Shown: positions 19,693 to 30,979, numbered from the stretch's first letter. The stretch is DNA of 64,000 nt from Mycobacterium sp. (GCF_965230835.1 NZ_CBDDLW010000001.1:13566-77565), one strand, 5' to 3'. The notes: a model not told the origin generated them from the sequence alone. Program-made: numbers and translations.

Positions 19693-21033
19693 ATGGATCG
19701 ACAGAAGGAATTCGTCCTCCGCACTCTTGAGGAGCGCGACATCCGGTTCGTTCGGCTCTGGTTCACAGATGTGCTGGGTTTCCTGAAGTCGGTCGCCATC
19801 GCGCCGGCCGAACTCGACGGCGCCTTCGAGGAAGGCATCGGATTCGACGGATCCTCGATCGAGGGATTCGCGCGGGTATCGGAATCCGACACGGTTGCGC
19901 ACCCCGATCCCTCCACCTTCCAGGTGTTGCCGTGGTCGACCACCTCCGGCTACCACCACTCGGCGCGGATGTTTTGCGATATCACCATGCCCGACGGTTC
20001 GCCGTCGTGGGCTGACCCGCGACATGTCCTTCGGCGGCAGTTGACCAAGGCGAACGAACTCGGTTTCTCGTGCTATGTACATCCGGAAATTGAGTTCTTC
20101 CTACTGAAGGCTGGGACCGAGGATGGGGAGGTGCCCATCCCGATCGACAACGCGGGCTATTTCGATCAGGCCGTGCATCAATCCGCCTCGAAGTTTCGCC
20201 GGCACGCGATCGACGCCCTGGAGTTCATGGGAATTTCGGTTGAGTTCAGTCACCATGAAGGTGCACCTGGCCAGCAGGAGATCGATCTGCGGTTCGCCGA
20301 CGCGCTGTCCATGGCCGACAACGTGATGACTTTTCGCTACGTCATCAAAGAAGTCGCACTCCATGAAGGGGTGCGGGCGACGTTCATGCCTAAGCCATTC
20401 GGCCAACATCCTGGCTCGGCGATGCATACACATATGAGCCTTTTCGAAGGGGACGTCAACGCCTTCCACAGCGCCGATGATCCGCTGCAGCTGTCGGATG
20501 TCGGCAAGTCGTTCATCGCCGGGATACTTGAGCATGCCTCTGAGATCAGTGCGGTCACCAATCAATGGGTCAATTCCTACAAGCGGCTCGTTCTCGGTGG
20601 CGAAGCGCCCACCGCTGCCTCGTGGGGGGCTGCCAATCGATCAGCCCTGGTACGCGTGCCCATGTACACACCGCACAAGACGTCGTCGCGGCGGGTCGAG
20701 GTGCGTAGCCCAGACTCGGCATGTAACCCTTACTTGGCGTTTGCCGTCCTGCTAGCTGCCGGCCTGCGCGGAGTCGAGAAGAACTACGTGCTGGCTCCGC
20801 AGGCCGAGGACAACGTTTGGGACTTGACGCCCGAGGAACGCCGAACGATGGGATACCGCGAGCTGCCGTCAAGTCTGGACAGTGCGCTGGGCGCCATGGA
20901 AGCCTCAGAGCTGGTCGCGGAAACCCTGGGGGAGCACGTTTTTGACTTCTTCCTACGGAACAAGCGCCGAGAGTGGGCCAACTATCGCAGTCATGTGACT
21001 CCGTTCGAGCTGAGCACCTACCTCTCGCTTTAG
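19693..21033 (+). CDS. glnA2: Glutamine synthetase family protein GlnA2
   Basis: MDRQKEFVLRTLEERDIRFVRLWF, HPEIEFF, HHEGAPGQQE, FMPKP and RVEVRSPD. Confidence 0.96.
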   Translation: MDRQKEFVLRTLEERDIRFVRLWFTDVLGFLKSVAIAPAELDGAFEEGIGFDGSSIEGFARVSESDTVAHPDPSTFQVLPWSTTSGYHHSARMFCDITMPDGSPSWADPRHVLRRQLTKANELGFSCYVHPEIEFFLLKAGTEDGEVPIPIDNAGYFDQAVHQSASKFRRHAIDALEFMGISVEFSHHEGAPGQQEIDLRFADALSMADNVMTFRYVIKEVALHEGVRATFMPKPFGQHPGSAMHTHMSLFEGDVNAFHSADDPLQLSDVGKSFIAGILEHASEISAVTNQWVNSYKRLVLGGEAPTAASWGAANRSALVRVPMYTPHKTSSRRVEVRSPDSACNPYLAFAVLLAAGLRGVEKNYVLAPQAEDNVWDLTPEERRTMGYRELPSSLDSALGAMEASELVAETLGEHVFDFFLRNKRREWANYRSHVTPFELSTYLSL

Positions 21034-21104
21034 CGCGCCTGGCGCGCTGCTAACCAACAGGGATCGCCAGTCGGTTCGGCGACATTTCATTGTGCGCTAC
21101 GGTC

Positions 21105-24089
21105 GTGATCGTGACCAAGCCCGCGACGCAGCGACCCAAGTTGCCCAGTGTCGGCCGGCTCGGATTGATGGACCCGCCCGCTGGTGCGCGTCTTGACCAG
21201 CTCGGTTGGACGGGAAAGGACGACCAGGCATACGTCGATCGGCTGTGGTCGCTGTCGCGCGCCGCAGATGCCGACGCCGCGCTGCGTGCAATGGTCCGCC
21301 TGTCCGAGAACCCAGAAACCAGCTGGGACGAACTGAACGCGGCGCTGCTCACCGAACGGAGCCTGCGCGGCCGGTTGTTCGCGGTTCTGGGTTCGTCGTT
21401 GGCGCTGGGTGATCATGTGATCGCCCATCCGCAGTCCTGGAGGTTGCTGCGGGGCAGGGTCACGCTGCCGTCCCGCGATCGTCTGCATCAGGCATTCACC
21501 CAGTGCGTTGAGCAGGCGTCGGGCGCGCCGGGCTCGGTTGTGCACGAATTACGTGCTCTGTACCGCGATCACCTTCTGGTGCTGGCGGCGCTTGACCTGG
21601 CCGCGACGGTCGAGGACGAGCCGGTGTTGCCCTTTACCGTGGTGGCCGCGCAGCTGGCGGACACAGCCGATGCCGCGCTTGCCGCAGCGTTGCGGGTGGC
21701 CGAAGCGAACGCATGCGGTGATCGGACACCTCCGCGTCTGGCGGTCATCGCCATGGGAAAGTGCGGCGCCCGCGAACTCAATTATGTCAGCGATGTTGAC
21801 GTGATCTTCGTTGCCGAGCGCGCCGACGCACAGAGCGCACGCGTCGCAAGCGAGATGATGCGGGTGGCATCGGAAGCGTTCTTCGAAGTAGATGCCGGGC
21901 TGCGCCCCGAAGGCCGTAGCGGAGAGCTAGTGCGCACGCTCGATTCGCACATTGCCTACTACCAGCGGTGGGCTAAGACCTGGGAGTTCCAGGCTTTGCT
22001 GAAAGCCCGGGCGGCAGTTGGCGATGTGGAACTTGGCGAGCGCTACGTGGCCGCGGTGATGCCGATGGTATGGAGAGCCTGCGAGCGCGATGACTTTGTG
22101 ACCGAAGTCCAGGCAATGCGGCGCCGCGTAGAGCAGCTTGTTCCGGCTGATATCCGTGACCGCGAACTCAAACTCGGTAGCGGTGGACTACGGGATGTGG
22201 AGTTCGCAGTGCAGCTGTTGCAGCTGGTGCACGGCCGCAGCGACGAGTCGTTGCACGTGGCTTCCACAGTGGATGCGCTTGCGGCGTTGAGCGCCGGCGG
22301 TTACGTCGGACGCGACGATGCGGCGAACTTGACCGCCTCTTACGAATTCCTTCGGTTGCTGGAGCACCGACTGCAGCTGCAGCGGCTCAAGCGCACCCAT
22401 GTGCTGCCCGAAGCTGATGACGCGGAGGCGGTGCGGTGGCTTGCGCGCGCGGCCCATATCCGCCCGAACGGCCGGCTCGACGCTGCCGGGGTCTTGCGCG
22501 AGGAACTCAGGCATCAGAATGTTCGAGTCTCCCAACTGCACGACAAACTCTTCTATCAACCGTTGCTCGAATCGATCGGTCCAGCTGGTCTGGAAGTTAC
22601 ACACGCGATGACCTCGGAGGCCGCGGAACGTCAGCTGGCTGCGCTCGGCTACGACGGGCCAGAGACCGCGTTGAAGCACATGTCGGCGTTGGTCAACCAA
22701 AGCGGGCGGCGCGGGCGGGTGCAGTCGGTGCTGTTGCCAAGGCTGCTGGACTGGATGTCATACGCTCCAGATCCCGACGCCGGGTTGCTGGCCTACCGGC
22801 GCCTTAGCGAGGCGCTGGCCATGCAAAGCTGGTACCTGGCAACGTTGCGCGATAAGCCTGCGGTGGCCAAACGCCTCATGCATGTGCTGGGCACCTCGGC
22901 TTACGTGCCGGAGCTGTTGATGCGCGCACCGGAGGTCATCCAACAGTATGGGGACGGGGCGTCTGGTCCTAAGTTGCTCGAGACCGACCCGGCGACAGTG
23001 GCTCGTGCGTTGATCGCCTCGGCGAGCCGCTACGGTGACCCGATTCGAGCCATCGCGGGTGCGCGCACGCTGCGCCGGCGGGAGCTGGCGCGCATTGGTT
23101 CCGCAGATCTGCTGGGCCTGCTTGAGGTGACTGAGGTGTGTTGCGCACTCACGTCGGTGTGGGTCGCTGTGCTGCAGGCAGCGCTGGACGCGATGATCCG
23201 GGCGAATCTTCCCGAAGACGGCCGCGCACCGGCAGCGATCGCGGTCATTGGTATGGGCCGTCTGGGCGGTTCGGAGCTCGGTTACGGATCGGACGCCGAC
23301 GTGATGTTCGTCTGCGATCCGCGCAGCGGTGTCAGTGACGCGACCGCAGTCAAATGGTCCACGTCGATCGCTGAACAGGTTCGCGCGTTGTTGGGTACGC
23401 CCACCGTCGACCCGCCGCTAGATCTCGATGCAAATCTGCGGCTGGAGGGGCGCAACGGTCCGCTGGTTCGCACGTTGGCCTCGTACGCGGCTTACTATGC
23501 CCAGTGGGCTCAGCCCTGGGAGATTCAGGCCTTGTTGCGTGCGCAAGCCGTTGCCGGCGACGCCGAGCTGGGGCAGCGGTTTCTGCTGATGGCCGACAAG
23601 ACGCGATATCCGACCGATGGCGTATCAGCCGAGGCGGTACACGAGATCCGCCGCATCAAGGCTCGCGTCGAATCCGAGCGGTTGCCGCGCGGCGCTGACC
23701 CCAACACCCACACCAAGCTCGGTCGTGGCGGACTAGCTGACGTCGAATGGACTGTGCAGTTGATGCAACTACGGCACGCGCACCGTATTCCGGCCCTGCA
23801 CAACACCTCGACGTTGGAATCCCTGGACGCTATCGCCGCGGCCGACCTGGTTCCCGAAGCCGACGTGGGGGTGCTTCGGCAGGCTTGGTTGACTGCCACC
23901 CGGGCTCGTAACGCCTTGGTGCTGGTTCGCGGTAAGCCCACCGACCAGCTTCCTGGACCCGGACGCCAGCTCAACGCGGTCGCCGTTGCCGCAGGCTGGC
24001 CAGATGATGACGGTGGTGCGTTCCTGGACAACTATCTGCGGGTGACGCGGCGAGCCAGGAAGGTTGTGCGCAATGTGTTCGGCAGCTAG
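21105..24089 (+). CDS. glnE: Glutamine synthetase adenylyltransferase
   Basis: Two nucleotidyltransferase domains ([15 protein letters not shown] and [15 protein letters not shown]) and KLGxGGL.DVE repeats. Confidence 0.96.
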   Translation: MIVTKPATQRPKLPSVGRLGLMDPPAGARLDQLGWTGKDDQAYVDRLWSLSRAADADAALRAMVRLSENPETSWDELNAALLTERSLRGRLFAVLGSSLALGDHVIAHPQSWRLLRGRVTLPSRDRLHQAFTQCVEQASGAPGSVVHELRALYRDHLLVLAALDLAATVEDEPVLPFTVVAAQLADTADAALAAALRVAEANACGDRTPPRLAVIAMGKCGARELNYVSDVDVIFVAERADAQSARVASEMMRVASEAFFEVDAGLRPEGRSGELVRTLDSHIAYYQRWAKTWEFQALLKARAAVGDVELGERYVAAVMPMVWRACERDDFVTEVQAMRRRVEQLVPADIRDRELKLGSGGLRDVEFAVQLLQLVHGRSDESLHVASTVDALAALSAGGYVGRDDAANLTASYEFLRLLEHRLQLQRLKRTHVLPEADDAEAVRWLARAAHIRPNGRLDAAGVLREELRHQNVRVSQLHDKLFYQPLLESIGPAGLEVTHAMTSEAAERQLAALGYDGPETALKHMSALVNQSGRRGRVQSVLLPRLLDWMSYAPDPDAGLLAYRRLSEALAMQSWYLATLRDKPAVAKRLMHVLGTSAYVPELLMRAPEVIQQYGDGASGPKLLETDPATVARALIASASRYGDPIRAIAGARTLRRRELARIGSADLLGLLEVTEVCCALTSVWVAVLQAALDAMIRANLPEDGRAPAAIAVIGMGRLGGSELGYGSDADVMFVCDPRSGVSDATAVKWSTSIAEQVRALLGTPTVDPPLDLDANLRLEGRNGPLVRTLASYAAYYAQWAQPWEIQALLRAQAVAGDAELGQRFLLMADKTRYPTDGVSAEAVHEIRRIKARVESERLPRGADPNTHTKLGRGGLADVEWTVQLMQLRHAHRIPALHNTSTLESLDAIAAADLVPEADVGVLRQAWLTATRARNALVLVRGKPTDQLPGPGRQLNAVAVAAGWPDDDGGAFLDNYLRVTRRARKVVRNVFGS

Positions 24090-24107
24090 GGCGGGAGGCT
24101 GGTCAGG

Positions 24108-24746
24108 TTGGACGCCACGTTTGAGGCACTAGGTGAAGCGGAGCTCAACCGGGTGACATCGACGTACGCTCCGCTTACCGATGCTGTCCGGGATCTCATC
24201 GATGCCACCATTCGCACCCAGGCTGACGACGACCTCGTCGCCGAGGCGCGGACGGCGATCGAAGCGGTGAGCCGATCGCTGCGCAGCCAGCGCAACCGGC
24301 CAATCGGCGTGAGTTATCACGCTGACGGCCGCCCCGTGCCGTTGGGTAACGCCGCCGTTGGCCTGTGCAACCCGATAGCCCCGCCGATGGTCATTCATCA
24401 TGACCACGATGCCGAAGACGGACGGTGTTGGAGTGAGTTTGCCCTGGGGGTGGCCTACGAGGGTCCGCCGGGCTTGGTGCACGGCGGTGTCTGCGCGTTA
24501 GTGCTCGACCAGATCCTCGGCGCGGTTGCCAGCGAGGGACTGACCAAGCCACGGTTCACCGGAACGATCACCGTGCGCTACCTGCGTGGCACCCCGCTGG
24601 GGTCACTTCGGGCTGAGGCTTTCGTCTATGGCACCGAAGGTGCCAAAGTATTCGCCCGCGGATCTATTTCGGATGCAACGGGAGTCACAGCGGAGGCCGA
24701 AGGGATCTTTGTGGAGCCGGCGTGGTCGCGGGAAGCTCGCCGCTGA
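24108..24746 (+). CDS. PaaI family hotdog-fold thioesterase
   Basis: YEGPPGLVHGGVCALVLDQILG motif, TVRYLRGTPL. Confidence 0.88.
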   Translation: MDATFEALGEAELNRVTSTYAPLTDAVRDLIDATIRTQADDDLVAEARTAIEAVSRSLRSQRNRPIGVSYHADGRPVPLGNAAVGLCNPIAPPMVIHHDHDAEDGRCWSEFALGVAYEGPPGLVHGGVCALVLDQILGAVASEGLTKPRFTGTITVRYLRGTPLGSLRAEAFVYGTEGAKVFARGSISDATGVTAEAEGIFVEPAWSREARR

Positions 24747-24902
24747 CCATCGCCATGGCGACCACAGCGGTCTCACCGGAAATCCCCGGCGCACCATTGG
24801 TGTTTGATGCTGTCGGCGGCAACTGAATACTGACCAGTGGGCGGCAATTGAAAATTGACCAGCTTCCTAGAGTGCCTTGGCTATGTGTCAAGGAGGAGGC
24901 AG

Positions 24903-26138
24903 GTGTTGAACGTGGAGGATTGGGCTGAGATTCGCCGGTTGCGCCGGTCGGAGCAGTTGCCGATTGCCGAGATTGCGCGGGTGATGGGTATTTCGCGGAA
25001 TACGGTGAAGTCGGCGTTGGCTTCTGATGGGCCGCCGAAGTATCGGCGTGCGGTGAGGGGTTCTGTTGCTGATGAGGCCGAGCCGCGGATTCGGGAGTTG
25101 TTGGCGGCCTATCCGCGGATGCCGGCGACGGTGATTGCTGAGCGGATCGGTTGGTCGTATTCGATCCGCACACTGAGTGGGCGGGTGCGTGAGTTACGGC
25201 CACTGTATTTGGCGCCGGATCCGGTGTCACGGACGACGTATGTGGCCGGTGAGGTCGGGCAGTGTGACTTCTGGTTTCCCGATGTTGTGGTGCCGGTGGG
25301 GTATGGCCAGGTTCGTAGGGCGGCGACGTTACCGGTGTTGACCATGGTGTGTGGGTATTCACGGTGGGCTTCGGCGCTGTTGATTCCGACACGCGCTGCC
25401 GAAGACTTGTATGCCGGTTGGTGGCAGCATCTTTCGACGTTGGGTGCGGTTCCACGGGTGTTGGTGTGGGATGGTGAGGGCGCGGTCGGGCGGTGGCGGG
25501 CACGCCGACCAGAGTTGACCCCGGCATGTCAGGCTTTCCGCGGGACCTTGGCCACCACGGTAGGGATCTGTAAACCCGCTGATCCTGAGGCCAAGGGTCT
25601 GGTTGAACGGTTCCATGACTATTTGGAGCGGGCGTTTTTGCCGGGGCGGGTGTTTGGCTCCCCAGCCGATTTCAACATCCAGTTGCAGGCCTGGCTGGTG
25701 GGGGCCAACCACCGCCAGCATCGGGTGCTGGGATGCCGGCCAGCAGATCGCATCGCCGCCGATACCGCAGCGATGCTGGCATTGCCGCCGGTTGGGCCCA
25801 GCATCGGATGGCGACGCTCAACGCGGTTGCCTCGCGATCATTACGTGCGCCTCGACAGCAACGATTACTCGGTGCATCCGGCCGCGATCGGCCGCCGTAT
25901 CGAGATCATCGCAGATCTAAACCGGGTGCGGGTCTGGTGTGACGGCACGCTGGTCGCCGACCACGACCGGATCTGGGCCAAACATCAAACGATCAGCGAT
26001 CCCGAACATGTCCAGGCCGCGAAACTGCTGCGGCGCAAACGGCTCGAGGTTGTTGGTCCACCGCATCACGTGGAGGTCGAACAACGCCGTCTCGCTGATT
26101 ACGACGCCTTGTTGGGCCTTGACGGGCCGGTGGCGTGA
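24903..26138 (+). CDS. istA: IS21 transposase IstA
   Basis: AGGAGGAGG RBS, N-terminal HTH (SRNTVK), GQCDFW, LVWD, AKGLVE. Confidence 0.93.
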   Translation: MLNVEDWAEIRRLRRSEQLPIAEIARVMGISRNTVKSALASDGPPKYRRAVRGSVADEAEPRIRELLAAYPRMPATVIAERIGWSYSIRTLSGRVRELRPLYLAPDPVSRTTYVAGEVGQCDFWFPDVVVPVGYGQVRRAATLPVLTMVCGYSRWASALLIPTRAAEDLYAGWWQHLSTLGAVPRVLVWDGEGAVGRWRARRPELTPACQAFRGTLATTVGICKPADPEAKGLVERFHDYLERAFLPGRVFGSPADFNIQLQAWLVGANHRQHRVLGCRPADRIAADTAAMLALPPVGPSIGWRRSTRLPRDHYVRLDSNDYSVHPAAIGRRIEIIADLNRVRVWCDGTLVADHDRIWAKHQTISDPEHVQAAKLLRRKRLEVVGPPHHVEVEQRRLADYDALLGLDGPVA

Positions 26139-26929
26139 TGGCTGCCAAGACCGCGACCAGCAGCCGTGATGTCACCGCCGAGCTGGCGTATCTGACCCGG
26201 GTGTTGAAAGCCCCGACGCTGCGTGAGGCCATCGAACGTCTCGCTGAGCGCGCCCGAACCGAAGCGTGGAGCTATGAAGAATTCCTCGCGGCGTGTCTGC
26301 AGCGTGAGGTGTCGGCTCGGGAATCTCACGGCGGCGAAGGGCGCATCCGCGCTGCCCGCTTCCCATCACGTAAATCGTTGGAAGAGTTCGACTTCGATCA
26401 TGCCCGCGGTCTCAAACGCGACATCATCGCCCATCTGGGCACCCTGGACTTCGTCACCGCTAAAGACAACGTGGTGTTCCTCGGCCCACCAGGGACCGGC
26501 AAGACCCACCTGGCGATCGGGATTGCGATGCGCGCTTGTCAAGCAGGTCACCGCGTTGCGTTCGCGACCGCTTCGCAATGGGTTGATCGTCTTGCTCGCG
26601 CCCATCACAACAGCACCCTGCAAGCCGAATTGGCGCGGCTGGCCCGCTACCCCCTGCTGGTTGTCGATGAAGTCGGCTACATCCCGTTTGAACCCGAAGC
26701 CGCCAATCTGTTCTTCCAACTCGTGTCGTCGCGTTACGAACGGGCCAGTCTCATCGTCACCTCGAATAAGCCCTTCGGGCGGTGGGGCGAAGTGTTCGGC
26801 GACGACGTAGTCGCCGCCGCCATGATCGACCGACTCGTCCATCACGCCGAAGTCATCGCCCTCAAAGGAGACAGCTACCGCATCAAAGACCGAGACCTCG
26901 GCCACACCACCACAGCCGAGGACCAATGA
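26138..26929 (+). CDS. istB: IS21 helper AAA+ ATPase IstB
   Basis: Walker A GPPGTGKT, Walker B LVVDEVGY, RYER and AMIDRLVHH; TGATG coupling to istA. Confidence 0.95.
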   Translation: MAAKTATSSRDVTAELAYLTRVLKAPTLREAIERLAERARTEAWSYEEFLAACLQREVSARESHGGEGRIRAARFPSRKSLEEFDFDHARGLKRDIIAHLGTLDFVTAKDNVVFLGPPGTGKTHLAIGIAMRACQAGHRVAFATASQWVDRLARAHHNSTLQAELARLARYPLLVVDEVGYIPFEPEAANLFFQLVSSRYERASLIVTSNKPFGRWGEVFGDDVVAAAMIDRLVHHAEVIALKGDSYRIKDRDLGHTTTAEDQ

Positions 26930-27046
26930 AACCAAGCTGGTCAATTTTCGATTGCCGAAACCTGATCAGTTTTCACTTGCCGTTGACAGATGCGAGACGG
27001 GGACCGGCGCGCTCGAACAGTCGACAGAACTCCCGCGCCAGCGGTA

Positions 27047-27169
27047 TTAGCTGGCTAGATCGTAGGGCTCGCAGATTACCAGTGGGATCACCCGGTTCGT
27101 AGCTTCTTGATAGCCATGGTATTGCGGGTACATCCGCAGGAACTGCGGCCAGTAGAAACGGTGCTCCTC
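27047..27169 (-). pseudogene. 3' fragment of the F420-dependent nitroreductase (Ddn-like) gene
   Basis: EEHRFYWPQFLRMYPQYHGYQEATNRVIPLVICEPYDLAS-stop has the family tail pattern (YW....MYP.Y..YQ..T.R.IP.V.CEP). Confidence 0.9.
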
Positions 27170-27311
27170 GGCTGCGTCCAGATGCCGGTGTAAAAGGCAG
27201 GGCCAGTTTCGCTCCGCTGTTAGCATACGGGCGTCTGGTTCGGCGGCAGGTCGATTCGCGGGTTGGGGGTTGTACGGGCCGGTCGTGGTTCGTGCGCCGG
27301 CGATGTTTGGG

Positions 27312-28118
27312 CTATGAGGGCGCTGGTGGTTGTTTCTGCGTGGTCGAGGTGGCGACCGCAGGCGATTCGGGACGCTGACCAGTGGCGCGACGCGATGCCG
27401 CGGTGATGAGGGTGCGCTGCCAGTCGGGTGGGACCGCAGCGAAGATTCCGCGGTCGATAGTGGCCAGCGCCTGTGCAGCGACCTCGGCGGGGTCGATGCC
27501 GTCGGTGGACATGCCTGTCGAGACCAGGGCGGGGCAGATCATGCTCACGCCGATCGGCGTGTCGGCCAGTGCCAGCGCGGTGTGTTCGGCCACGGCCACG
27601 ACGGCGTGCTTGGAGGGTCCGTAAGCGCCGCCGCTGGGAAAGGTCAGCACCCCAGCCAATGAGCCGGTGATCAGGATGTGCGCGGGCTGGTTCGCGGCCA
27701 GCAGTCTGGGTACGAACGCACGCAAGCCGTTGACAACGCCACCGACGTTGACCGCGAACACCCTGTTCCAGTCAGGAGCGGCCACTTCCCACGGAGCACC
27801 AAAGCTCCTACCGGTGATTCCGGCGTTCAGGCACACGACCCGGGCGTCGCCGGCGGCTTCAGCGAGCGATTCGACCGCATCCGGCATGGCAACGTCAGTG
27901 GGAACCGCTTGTGCCCCCAGTGACTGCGAAACTTCGCTCAATGTGACGGTGTCGATGTCGGCGAGCACGAGGTTGGCTCCACGGTCGGCCAGTGCATGCG
28001 CCAACGCGCGCCCGATGCCACTAGCTGCGCCGGTCACCACCGCTGTCATCCCATTCAGATCCACATTGTGCAGGCTATCGACCACGGCCACGCCGCCGTG
28101 GCAAACGGTTTCCCTCAC
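27312..28118 (-). CDS. Short-chain dehydrogenase/reductase, cargo of the IS256 element; start uncertain
   Basis: TGAASGIG, NAG, catalytic S and YGPSK motifs. Confidence 0.88.
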   Translation of the reverse strand: MRETVCHGGVAVVDSLHNVDLNGMTAVVTGAASGIGRALAHALADRGANLVLADIDTVTLSEVSQSLGAQAVPTDVAMPDAVESLAEAAGDARVVCLNAGITGRSFGAPWEVAAPDWNRVFAVNVGGVVNGLRAFVPRLLAANQPAHILITGSLAGVLTFPSGGAYGPSKHAVVAVAEHTALALADTPIGVSMICPALVSTGMSTDGIDPAEVAAQALATIDRGIFAAVPPDWQRTLITAASRRATGQRPESPAVATSTTQKQPPAPS

Positions 28119-28167
28119 CTCCCCTTACTGGGACCGGGTGGGCGTCGTCACGCGTGCGTGCGCCTCG

Positions 28168-29505
28168 CTACGCCGTGGCGGAGACGGGATCTGCCTGGCC
28201 GGTAGGTGCTTGACTTTGAGGCGGTCGCAGTTGGCGGGGTGAGTCGAGCAGGGATCGGCGTAGGTCTTGCAGCAGTCGGGTGCCGACCGGTGTCATGGTG
28301 AGGCCGCGCCAACCGGCCGAGGCGCGGTCGAGCACGGCCCACACCAGGCTGATGGCGCTGGTCTCGCCGGGGAATCGGCCAATGACCTTGGTCCGTCGCT
28401 TAGTTTCTCCAAAGGAGCGCTCAATGAAATTTGAGTGCCGAACGCGGCCATGGTGTTCAACCGGAAACCGCAGATAGGCGGTCAGCCCTGCTTTGTCGGT
28501 GAGCAGGATCCGCATAGCCGCCGGGTAGAGGTCGGAGTATTTAGCGGCGAACGCCTCGATCCGCTTGTCGACGATCTCAACCAGCTGCGGTCCCGGCTCG
28601 ATACCCAGGCCGGTGGTATCAAAAATCGCCCAGTATCTGTCACGGACCTCGACTTGCATCCCGGTGGGGATCTTCGCAAGCACGTTGCGAAGGCGATGAA
28701 TAAGACATCTCTGGCGCAACGCTTTTGGGTAGATTTGTTCGATGGCTGCGATCAGTCCCTTGGCGCCGTCAGAGACGATCAGCAGCGGAGTGGCAAGACC
28801 GCGTTCGCGCAGGTCGGTCAGGAAGTCGGACCACGCGTCGGTGGACTCTCCGGTCCCGGGTGACAATCCGACGAACACGGGTTTGCCCTCGGTGGTGACG
28901 CCCCAGGCGGCGAGCACAGGCTCGGCCGGCGACCCGGGATGCATCCGAAAGAAACTGGCGTCCAAAAACAGGTAGTCCAGAGCGATCTCACCGAGTGGGC
29001 GACGAGCCCACGCCTGGTATTCGGCCCGGATCGCCTTACAGACTTCCGAAACCGCGGACTTGGAGATCGCCGCCTGATCGCCGAGCGCTTCAGCGAGGGT
29101 GGCCTTGACATCCCGGACGGACAGGCCGCGGATGAACGAGGCGATCACCAGCGTTTCCAGGGCGTTGGTTTTCGTCACATGCTTACCGAACAGCCGAGAG
29201 GCGAACGCTTGCATGGTGCCACGCAGTTTCGGCCGCTCCAAGGTGACCGCACCTGTGGTGGTCTTGATGGTCACCGGCCGATATCCGTTGCGCGAACCGC
29301 CGTTAGCGTCGGCACAGGCGGCGGTACGTTGGTAGCGTTCACGACCGAGGAACTCGGTGACCTCAGCCTCCAGGGCCGCCTGCATCAGTAGCTGGGCGCC
29401 GAGGCGGGCGATTTCTTCAAGGATTTCAGGCAGTTCCCGATCCTCGGCGAACAGGGCGTCGATTTTGGTGCGGATACGGTCGGTCGCTGATACGCGGACA
29501 GGCAC
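28168..29505 (-). CDS. IS256-family DDE transposase
   Basis: SRNGYR, LFLDA, VSDG, QRCLIH and SNFIE motifs; related to but distinct from the 9867-11183 transposase. Confidence 0.95.
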   Translation of the reverse strand: MPVRVSATDRIRTKIDALFAEDRELPEILEEIARLGAQLLMQAALEAEVTEFLGRERYQRTAACADANGGSRNGYRPVTIKTTTGAVTLERPKLRGTMQAFASRLFGKHVTKTNALETLVIASFIRGLSVRDVKATLAEALGDQAAISKSAVSEVCKAIRAEYQAWARRPLGEIALDYLFLDASFFRMHPGSPAEPVLAAWGVTTEGKPVFVGLSPGTGESTDAWSDFLTDLRERGLATPLLIVSDGAKGLIAAIEQIYPKALRQRCLIHRLRNVLAKIPTGMQVEVRDRYWAIFDTTGLGIEPGPQLVEIVDKRIEAFAAKYSDLYPAAMRILLTDKAGLTAYLRFPVEHHGRVRHSNFIERSFGETKRRTKVIGRFPGETSAISLVWAVLDRASAGWRGLTMTPVGTRLLQDLRRSLLDSPRQLRPPQSQAPTGQADPVSATA

Positions 29506-29572
29506 GAGCGTGACTCCTTCTTCGCAGACTTGCAGGTCGTGAAGCGGAACCTACGCGCGTGCTCCCTATTTA

Positions 29573-30004
<432 letters not shown>

Positions 30005-30220
30005 CTAGAGTATAAATTCGACATGGAAACAGACGCGGCTATTACGACTGTGGATGACATTAGCTTGAAGATCGCGTAAATTACAGCTCGTAATTGCCGT
30101 GCCGGCCGAACCCGGCAATCAGCTCAGCTTCGATGCCGCGCCGGGCCGATATGGTCCGAATCGCCCTGCTGCAGAACCTATCATCGGCGGGAAGTAGCTG
30201 TCCAAGCTGGATGGGTGTGA

Positions 30221-30268
30221 CTTTTCGCACACGATATTGCATATCTTTTCGCACACGATATTGCATAT
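30221..30268. repeat. Exact 24-bp tandem duplication
   Basis: cttttcgcacacgatattgcatat occurs twice head to tail in the AT-rich region between the divergent ddn-like and mmpS genes. Confidence 0.95.
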
Positions 30269-30547
30269 CGTTGAAATGCGTCGCTGGGCTAAGATCGAGA
30301 ACAGCATCCAGCAATGCCCAGGGTTCGTTGCCTCATATTCTTTCGTTTGACGTGCCCTGACGCGGAAGGCGTCTAGTCGCCGTGTCTCATACTGAGATAT
30401 CGGGAGTGCGCGTTCATGGCGATCGTGATAAACCTGTCACATTACGCAAACATGATTATTCATCTCACATAGAGCTACCAATGAGTAGATGGTTAAAATG
30501 CCGCGGAGCCCGATTATGCGTTTAGCGCAGCTCAAGGGGGACTAACA

Positions 30548-30979
30548 GTGATCAGAATTATCAAAAAGACGTGGATGCCGTTCATCATCGTGGTTGTGGT
30601 GGCTATCGCTGGATTCACCGTGTCCCGAGTTCGTGCGTACTTCGGTGCCCAAGACGCTACGTCGGTGACCAGTCCGACGGCCGATCGCATTGCTCCATTC
30701 AACCCCAAGCATGTGACCTATGAGATCTTCGGTCCCCCTGGTGCTGTGGCGACTATCAACTACCTGGATCTAAATGCAGAGCTGCACACCGTGGACAACA
30801 CTCCGTTACCGTGGTCGATTACATTGACGACGACCGCGCCCGCGGTCTTGTCGAACATCGTGGCGCAGGGCGACAGTAACTCTATTGGCTGTCGCATTAT
30901 CGTCGACGGACAAGCTAAGGACGAGCGGAAGAAAAGCGGAGTGAGCGCCCAGACCTTCTGCCAAGTGAAGTCGGCATGA
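30548..30979 (+). CDS. mmpS: MmpS family membrane protein (MmpS4/S5-like)
   Basis: N-terminal TM helix, [31 protein letters not shown] and TFCQVKSA. Confidence 0.93.
   Translation: MIRIIKKTWMPFIIVVVVAIAGFTVSRVRAYFGAQDATSVTSPTADRIAPFNPKHVTYEIFGPPGAVATINYLDLNAELHTVDNTPLPWSITLTTTAPAVLSNIVAQGDSNSIGCRIIVDGQAKDERKKSGVSAQTFCQVKSA

Larger units (their letters stand above)
24811..26988 (+). mobile_element. IS21-family insertion sequence, 2,178 bp, apparently complete
   Basis: TGTC...GACA ends (tgtcggcggcaactgaatactgaccag versus reverse complement tgtcaacggcaagtgaaaactgatcag), a second internal repeat at each end (about 24840 and 26935-26959), and a perfect 5-bp target duplication GATGC (24806-24810, 26989-26993). 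Confidence 0.95.

Noticed and set aside
24755-27102. 54-aa ORF (MATTAVSPEIPG...) re-formed on removing the IS21
   Set aside because: No recognisable motif or RBS, and its 3' half is antisense to the ddn-like tail; probably chance.
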